A DNA stretch of 64,000 bases from Candidatus Uhrbacteria bacterium RIFCSPHIGHO2_02_FULL_46_47 (GTDB lineage: Bacteria > Patescibacteriota > Patescibacteriia > GWA2-47-26): contig MGDU01000010.1 of assembly GCA_001790815.1 (NCBI GenBank), forward strand, positions 2,621-66,620, read 5' to 3'. Positions within the stretch are counted from its first letter, which is position 1. Each line of letters opens with the position of its first letter. The notes under the pieces are model-generated. The model saw only the letters and a program-made list of their open reading frames with translations, made no database searches and had not been told where the DNA came from. Positions 58,323 to 64,000 of this stretch are shown here, in pieces. The translations under genes and the position numbers were made by a program.

Positions 58323-59117
58323 ATGATGGGCATTGTTTTTATAGCCGGTCTTGCAATTGGCAGCTTTTTAAATGCGTATATTTGGCGCTTGCATAGCGGT
58401 GGATCTGTGTGGCGGGGGAGGTCGTATTGTCCAAAATGCAAAAAAGGTCTTGCCTGGTACGAGCTTATTCCACTTGTATCATTCTTTGTACAACTTGGCC
58501 GATGTCGCGGTTGCAATCAAAAAATAGATTGGCAATATCCGTTGGTAGAGTTTGTCACTGGGATTTTGTTTATATTGGTTTTTGTGAATATAAAGCAAAT
58601 GGCGCTTGCGCCGCTTTGGCGCGAAGATCTTGCTATTGTAGTATCCTGGTACTTACTCGCAGTGCTCACGATACTGTTTGTATTTGATCTTCGTTATGGT
58701 CTTGTTCCGGATGAAGCGGTGTTGCCGGCTATTGTAATCGCGATGGCGTACAACATCATCTTGAGCTATGGTAAAAATCCAAACCATAACTACTTACTAC
58801 CTACTACTTACTACCTACTCGCAGTCGCAATTGGCGCGGGATTTTTCGCCTTGCAATACTGGTTTTCAAAAGGAAAGTGGCTAGGGGCAGGTGATATACG
58901 CATTGGCGCGCTTATGGGCGCGATGGTTGGTTGGCCGTATATTTTTGAAGCAATTATCATTTCTTACATAATCGGCGGATTTGTCGGTGTGTTTCTTTTA
59001 ATAAACGGCAGGAAGAAATTTGGACAAACATTGCCGCTTGGGACATTTCTTACTCTTGGTACCGCAATTGTATTTTTATATGGCGAACAATTATGGCGCG
59101 CGTATTGGAAAATATGA
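58323..59117 (+). CDS. pilD: Prepilin peptidase
   Basis: GSFLN, RSYCPKC, IPL.SF....GRCR.C, YPLVE, G.GD; 7-mer tandem insert at 58790-58819. Confidence 0.93.
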   Translation: MMGIVFIAGLAIGSFLNAYIWRLHSGGSVWRGRSYCPKCKKGLAWYELIPLVSFFVQLGRCRGCNQKIDWQYPLVEFVTGILFILVFVNIKQMALAPLWREDLAIVVSWYLLAVLTILFVFDLRYGLVPDEAVLPAIVIAMAYNIILSYGKNPNHNYLLPTTYYLLAVAIGAGFFALQYWFSKGKWLGAGDIRIGALMGAMVGWPYIFEAIIISYIIGGFVGVFLLINGRKKFGQTLPLGTFLTLGTAIVFLYGEQLWRAYWKI

Positions 59118-59800
59118 ATCACGAATCAGGAATTTGGAATCATGGATTGCGAAAAAATCATAATTCATTATTCATAATTCATAATTCGCGTAAATCCGCA
59201 GGATTTACGCTTTTGGAGCTTCTTGTTTCTATCAGCATTTTTGTTATAATTACGACCGCGGTTGTAATTAATTATCGCAGTGGGGAGCAAAGCGCGCAAT
59301 TGCGCCTTGGCGCGGAAAATCTGGCAAGCACACTGCGGCTTTTGCAAACAATGGCGCAAAGCGGTAAAACAGTGGAGTTGTGCGATACCCAGGACGCAGA
59401 TGGCACGCCAGATCAATACGCAAACCAAGTATGCACGGTAGGCAGTGGAGTAAACTGCGACAGCGCATGCACTCAGCGTGTTCCAACCGGCGGATATGGC
59501 ATGTCTATAGTAAATGGCGCAGTATTATTATTTGCGGATGGAAACAATAATCATGTTTTTGATACAGGTGAGGAATTGGCAAATGTGAAAACAGATTTTC
59601 CGCAAAACATTGTAATTGGCGTTATAACCGAAACCGAAGATGCACAATTGGCCATTGTGTTTTTGCCGCCAGATGCAGAAATTTTGGTAAATGGAGCGCA
59701 AGCCGCAAGTAATGTATACATCACAGCACAGCATGAAAAAAGCGGGGATAATCGCACGATTGTTGTACGTCCCGCAAGCGGTCGTATTGATGTGAAATAA
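59114..59800 (+). CDS. Minor pilin (FimT/GspH-like)
   Basis: AG|FTLLELLV; leader composed of 7-mer repeats. Confidence 0.85.
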   Translation: MNHESGIWNHGLRKNHNSLFIIHNSRKSAGFTLLELLVSISIFVIITTAVVINYRSGEQSAQLRLGAENLASTLRLLQTMAQSGKTVELCDTQDADGTPDQYANQVCTVGSGVNCDSACTQRVPTGGYGMSIVNGAVLLFADGNNNHVFDTGEELANVKTDFPQNIVIGVITETEDAQLAIVFLPPDAEILVNGAQAASNVYITAQHEKSGDNRTIVVRPASGRIDVK

Positions 59801-59806
59801 AATAGT

Positions 59807-60382
59807 ATGCTGAAACGTGGTTTTGGGCTACTGGAAACTATTATTGCGCTGGGAGTAATTATAACTGGGCTTGTTTCAGTTATTTCGCTTAGTATTGCAA
59901 ATCTAACAAATGAGCGCGACACGGCGATGCGCTACCAAGCAGTTAATCTTGCGCGCGAAGGAATTGAGCTTGTGCGCAATATTCGCGATAGCAACTGGCT
60001 TGCTGGTACGGATACCTGGCAAGGAATTCCGCCAGGAGGAGGGGATTTTACTATACAATTCAATCCAGAAACTCAAAAGTTTGCGTTTGCGCCTGCAGGC
60101 GGTGAAGAGTCTGTTGAAGGCGCGCGCGTTGCACAGTGCGGAGATGGAATCTATATCCAACCGAGCAGTTTTATTTGCGATAAAATTACCCCATTTTCAA
60201 GAACGCTGAATCTTACGTTCAAAAGCTGTGTAGGAGAATTTTCAGGCGATGAATTCGCCTCTGTATGCGAAGCGGCTGGGAATCCCACTCCCCCGGTTGC
60301 CCTTGAGATTTCGTCCACTGTTAGTTGGAATCAAGGAGCAAAAAATATCACGATTACTGATATCCTATATGACTGGCGATAA
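59807..60382 (+). CDS. Minor pilin (PilV-like)
   Basis: RG|FGLLETIIAL; A.NLAREGIE.VRNIRD.NW. Confidence 0.85.
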   Translation: MLKRGFGLLETIIALGVIITGLVSVISLSIANLTNERDTAMRYQAVNLAREGIELVRNIRDSNWLAGTDTWQGIPPGGGDFTIQFNPETQKFAFAPAGGEESVEGARVAQCGDGIYIQPSSFICDKITPFSRTLNLTFKSCVGEFSGDEFASVCEAAGNPTPPVALEISSTVSWNQGAKNITITDILYDWR

Positions 60383-60950
60383 AAACGGCTTTACACTGAT
60401 GGAGATGCTGGTTTCACTTGCGCTTTTTTCAGTGGTTGTTACGATTTCAACAGATCTTTTCTTTACCTTCCAGCGCGTTTCTCGCAAAACAGAGAGCTTT
60501 GAGCATTTAGTTTCAGATGCGAGATTGATTATTGAGCAAATTGCGCGCGAAGTGCGGGAAGGTACGATCCATTACAGTGCATATCCAACTCTGCCGTTGA
60601 ATACGCCGCAAACCACGCTTAAGATATTAGATAGTTCCGCAGTTCCGGTTGAATTTGCCTTTAACGCATCTTGTCCGGATAATAGCGAGTTCCCATGTCT
60701 TACGATTGCGCGTGGCGGTTCTCCGGAGCGGCTTTCCGGCGTGGATACGCGAGTTATCAACGCGCAATTCTTCATTTCCCCAACACTAGATCCATTTAAC
60801 TTTTCAGCAGATACCGGAAATTATTTAGCCGATAGCCAACCGCGCGTAACAGTCGCGCTATCGCTTGATAATGGCAAAGACGCCGGCGATCCAAATTATA
60901 TTCGTTATGATGTTCAAACCACAATATCAAGCCGCGTTTATCGGCGGTAA
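60369..60950 (+). CDS. Minor pilin (PilW/GspJ-like)
   Basis: NG|FTLMEMLV; QTTISSR.Y end. Confidence 0.85.
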   Translation: MTGDKNGFTLMEMLVSLALFSVVVTISTDLFFTFQRVSRKTESFEHLVSDARLIIEQIAREVREGTIHYSAYPTLPLNTPQTTLKILDSSAVPVEFAFNASCPDNSEFPCLTIARGGSPERLSGVDTRVINAQFFISPTLDPFNFSADTGNYLADSQPRVTVALSLDNGKDAGDPNYIRYDVQTTISSRVYRR

Positions 60951-61743
60951 CCCTACCCAACCTCCCTCACCCGGCCTGCGGCCACCCTCTCCCTCAGGGA
61001 GAGGGGAGGGTGAGGGGAAAAAAGGAGAGAGGAGGGGTTACTCCTTGCTTTTGGCCGTGCTGATTACCAGCACTGTTCTTTCAGCCGCTTCTGCGCTAGC
61101 CACTATTATTATTTCGGAAATTCGGCAAACGCGGCAAACTGCCGGCGCAATCCAAGCTCGCGCAAGCGCAGAACAAAAAACCGAGCGCGTTTTGTATTTA
61201 TTGCGCAAGACAGAATTGCCACTTGATCAGATTGCCGGCGCAACCGGTGCGGCCGTTTCATCTTCGCAAGATCCACAATATTTTAGCATTCAGGAAAATG
61301 ATTTTGTGTCATTGCCCATTAGCGTAGACGGGGAAGTATCCGATATTGCGCCGCGCATTACTACCATTACTACATGGAAGCCGGCAGAGGCATGCGCAAG
61401 CGCAAGCGCAAGCTGGATTGAGGTAACACCGATTTCATGGAACGGTGCGGAATTTATTTCACAACGATACCCGTATTCTCACAGCGACTTTACATCCGAA
61501 GGTCAGTTGCGTATTGCATTTCCGGCTGGTGGAACGCCGGTTGAAATGCGCATCCGCGCTTTGTATTGCGACATTGATAATCTTGCCGTAGAAGATATTC
61601 CCGGACGCGTGCGCATCGTGGCTTCTGGGCAATCCGGAGACGTGAGCCAGTCCTTGCAGACGCTTATGGTTCGCCGTCCTCCAGCGTCAGGATTATTTGA
61701 TTTTGTCATTTTTTCAGAATCCGAAATCAAAAAAGGACTATGA
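60907..61743 (+). CDS. PilX/GspK-like minor pilin; leader contains family A element
   Basis: RRG|YSLLLAVLI (no E5); start uncertain. Confidence 0.7.
   Translation: MMFKPQYQAAFIGGNPTQPPSPGLRPPSPSGRGEGEGKKGERRGYSLLLAVLITSTVLSAASALATIIISEIRQTRQTAGAIQARASAEQKTERVLYLLRKTELPLDQIAGATGAAVSSSQDPQYFSIQENDFVSLPISVDGEVSDIAPRITTITTWKPAEACASASASWIEVTPISWNGAEFISQRYPYSHSDFTSEGQLRIAFPAGGTPVEMRIRALYCDIDNLAVEDIPGRVRIVASGQSGDVSQSLQTLMVRRPPASGLFDFVIFSESEIKKGL
60964..61017. repeat. Family A element in predicted prepilin leader
   Basis: ccctcacccggcctgcggccaccctctccctcagggagaggggagggtgagggg. Confidence 0.88.
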
Positions 61744-63830
61744 TTAAAGATGAAGCAAAAAAGCGAATTGAGAAATTGCGCGAGGGAATTAATCGCTATC
61801 GATATCAGTATCATGTACTGGATAAGCTTGAAATTTCCGAAGCCGCGCTGGACTCATTAAAGCACGAGCTTTTTAAGCTGGAACAAGAGTATCCGGAATT
61901 TATCACGTCGGATTCGCCAACTCAGCGGGTTGGCGGAAAGCCTCTGCCGGAATTTAAAAAAGTGACGCATAAGGTGCCCATGCTTTCCATGGAAGATGTG
62001 TTTTCGCCGCAGGAACTTACGGCATGGCTCACAAGAATTGAGCGGCACTATCCTAATGGCCATTTTGATTTTTACGCGGAAGTTAAAATGGACGGATTGG
62101 CTGTATCGCTTATTTATAAAAATGGCATACTGCATACCGGATCTACGCGTGGAGATGGAAAAGTGGGGGAGGATGTAACGCAGAATTTGAAAACAATTGA
62201 AGCCATCCCATTGCGCTTGCGTGTACCAAGCGAATCAGAAATCCGGAAGCTGAGCTTCCCAGGGGGAAGCTCAGCTTCCTTATATCTTACAATTACCAAT
62301 GCTATTGAACACGGCGAGATTGAAATTCGCGGTGAAGCGTACATGTCCAAGAAAACTTTTGAGGAGCTTAATTACGAGCAAAAGAAAAAGGGCGAAGAAT
62401 TATTTGCCAATCCGCGCAATGCCGCCGCCGGGGCAATTCGCCAGCTGGATCCTAAAATCAGTGCCTCGCGCCGACTTTCATTTTTTGGTTATGCGCTTTT
62501 GTTTCCTCCCCTGCCTGAGGGGAGGATTAAGGAGGGGTGGGAGACCCACGAGCAAGCGCACGAACTTATAAAATTATTCGGAATTCCGGTGAATTCGGAA
62601 AATAAGCACTGTAAAACTCTTGATGACGTAGTGCAATTTCATGAGCACGTTTATAAAAAGCGTGAAAAGCTCCCATATTGGACTGATGGTATTGTCGCGG
62701 TTATAAATAATGACGCGACGTTTGAGCGGCTTGGGGCGGTTGGTAAAGCGCCGCGCGGGATGATTGCGTATAAATTTCCGGCGCAACAGGCAACCACAAA
62801 AGTAAAAGAAGTGCGCTGGCAAGTCGGCCGTACTGGCGCGCTTACGCCCGTTGCGGTAATGGATCCGGTTTTTGTGGCCGGAACAACCGTTCAGCACGCT
62901 ACCCTGCATAATATGGATGAGATTGAGCGACTTGGTCTGAAAATAGGGGATACGGTAATTTTGGAAAAAGCCGGCGACATTATTCCAAAAATTGTGAAGG
63001 TTTTGTCAAAACTGCGCACTGGCCATGAAAAAATAATCCACACGCCAACGCATTGTCCGGCTTGCGGAAGTAAGGTCACGCGCGCGGAGGGCGAGGTTGC
63101 AATAGTTTGCAATAAAAAAAATTGTCCGGCAAAACATCTGGAAAATATCACGCATTTTGTTTCCAAAAAAGCCATGGATATTGACGGACTTGGCTATAAA
63201 ATAGTGGAACAGTTAATGAATGCGGGGTTTATTGCCACGCCGGCAGATATTTATAAACTGACCAAGTCAGATTTGATTGATTTAGAACGGTTTGGCGAAA
63301 AATCCGCGGAAAATCTGATTGCCGCCATTAATAAAGCACGCACGCCCCAGCTTTCACGTTTTATTTTTGCGCTGGGTATTAAACATGTGGGTGAGGAAAC
63401 TGCGGTGGATTTGGCCAACACTTTTGGCACGCTTAAAAAAATACGCGGAGCCGCGCTTGAAGAGCTTGAAGCCGTACCGAATATCGGTGAAGTAGTGGCG
63501 CGATCATTGCACGAGTATTTTTCGGACAAGCACAATCAAAAATTAATTGATGATTTGCTTGATGCAGGGGTTAGAGCTGAAGAAGTGCATATTAGGCGCC
63601 ATCAACCTTTTACGGGAAAAACATTCGTATTGACCGGCGGCCTGGAAACCATGACGCGCGATGAAGCCAAAGAAAAAATCCGCGCCTTAGGCGGCGATAT
63701 TTCCGGCTCGGTTTCCAAAAACACCGATTATGTCGTCGTCGGCACCGACCCCGGCGACAAATACGAAAAGGCCAAAAAACTCGGAATTAAAACACTAGAT
63801 GAGAAAACGTTTCGGGGCATGCTAAAATAA
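61740..63830 (+). CDS. ligA: NAD-dependent DNA ligase with in-frame insertions
   Basis: SPTQRVGG, EVKMDGLA, EIRGE, FANPRNAAAG, AYKFP, VGRTG, Zn finger, BRCT. Confidence 0.97.
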   Translation: MIKDEAKKRIEKLREGINRYRYQYHVLDKLEISEAALDSLKHELFKLEQEYPEFITSDSPTQRVGGKPLPEFKKVTHKVPMLSMEDVFSPQELTAWLTRIERHYPNGHFDFYAEVKMDGLAVSLIYKNGILHTGSTRGDGKVGEDVTQNLKTIEAIPLRLRVPSESEIRKLSFPGGSSASLYLTITNAIEHGEIEIRGEAYMSKKTFEELNYEQKKKGEELFANPRNAAAGAIRQLDPKISASRRLSFFGYALLFPPLPEGRIKEGWETHEQAHELIKLFGIPVNSENKHCKTLDDVVQFHEHVYKKREKLPYWTDGIVAVINNDATFERLGAVGKAPRGMIAYKFPAQQATTKVKEVRWQVGRTGALTPVAVMDPVFVAGTTVQHATLHNMDEIERLGLKIGDTVILEKAGDIIPKIVKVLSKLRTGHEKIIHTPTHCPACGSKVTRAEGEVAIVCNKKNCPAKHLENITHFVSKKAMDIDGLGYKIVEQLMNAGFIATPADIYKLTKSDLIDLERFGEKSAENLIAAINKARTPQLSRFIFALGIKHVGEETAVDLANTFGTLKKIRGAALEELEAVPNIGEVVARSLHEYFSDKHNQKLIDDLLDAGVRAEEVHIRRHQPFTGKTFVLTGGLETMTRDEAKEKIRALGGDISGSVSKNTDYVVVGTDPGDKYEKAKKLGIKTLDEKTFRGMLK
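62245..62279. repeat. Family B (RAYT-flanking) REP doublet in frame in ligA
   Basis: ggaagctgagcttcc-caggg-ggaagctcagcttcc; RKLSFPGGSSAS. Confidence 0.9.
62502..62543. repeat. Family A half element in frame in ligA
   Basis: tttcctcccctgcctgaggggaggattaaggaggggtgggag, near-identical to cysS 28257-28296; FPPLPEGR. Confidence 0.85.
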
Positions 63831-63922
63831 ATTACCCAGGGTAAAATCATTTGTATTTGAATACATTGAATGAATAACAGTCACAATAACAAAAGTGATA
63901 GTAAAATACGCTGAACGGATAA

Positions 63923-63942
63923 TTATTCACGATCGTGAGTAA
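63923..63942. repeat. Family G palindrome preceding an ORF that runs off the window
   Basis: ttattcacgatcgtgagtaa, about 10 nt before ATG 63952 (MTMRKKIQKKKSRQAE...). Confidence 0.8.
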
Positions 63943-64000
63943 TAAGTTGTTATGACAATGAGAAAGAAAATACAAAAGAAAAAATCAAGGCAGGCGGAAT

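Noticed and set aside
27726-63830. Inteins or self-splicing introns explaining the inserts
   Set aside because: Inserts are 10-40 aa, lack Cys/Ser...His-Asn intein ends and are far too short for group I/II introns

Overview
This looks like a chromosomal window from a Patescibacteria/CPR (Parcubacteria-like) bacterium. That assignment is inferred from gene content, CPR-typical hypothetical proteins and SD-poor starts. The window runs from the 3' end of a PBP (ftsI-like) through a HUH/Y1 RAYT-like transposase, a 3207-aa repetitive fibre/adhesin, a dockerin/cohesin-like surface cluster, murF, tRNA-Glu(CTC), four Cys-rich secreted proteins, cysS, corA, a VirB4/HerA-like ATPase, purM, dnaX, murJ, lepA, recJ, rnhA and a complete type IV pilus cluster to ligA. 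Three signals stand out. (1) About ten distinct families of short palindromes or 7-bp-period repeats are scattered through the window. Many sit in frame inside essential genes (cysS x4, murF x4, lepA, recJ, ligA, dnaX, murJ), adding Pro/Gly-rich peptides read in different frames. (2) Small nuclease-like genes are bracketed by their own palindromes. The RAYT is flanked by and contains GGAAGCTCAGCTTCC, which recurs inside ligA. A GIY-YIG gene has ~22-bp terminal inverted repeats whose motif recurs inside murF. (3) Two PaaX/Cas2-like genes, and probably a third at the window edge, are each bracketed by long palindromes with an invariant TCACGATCGTGA core and paralog-specific arms. All calls come from reading motifs by eye; no searches were run.
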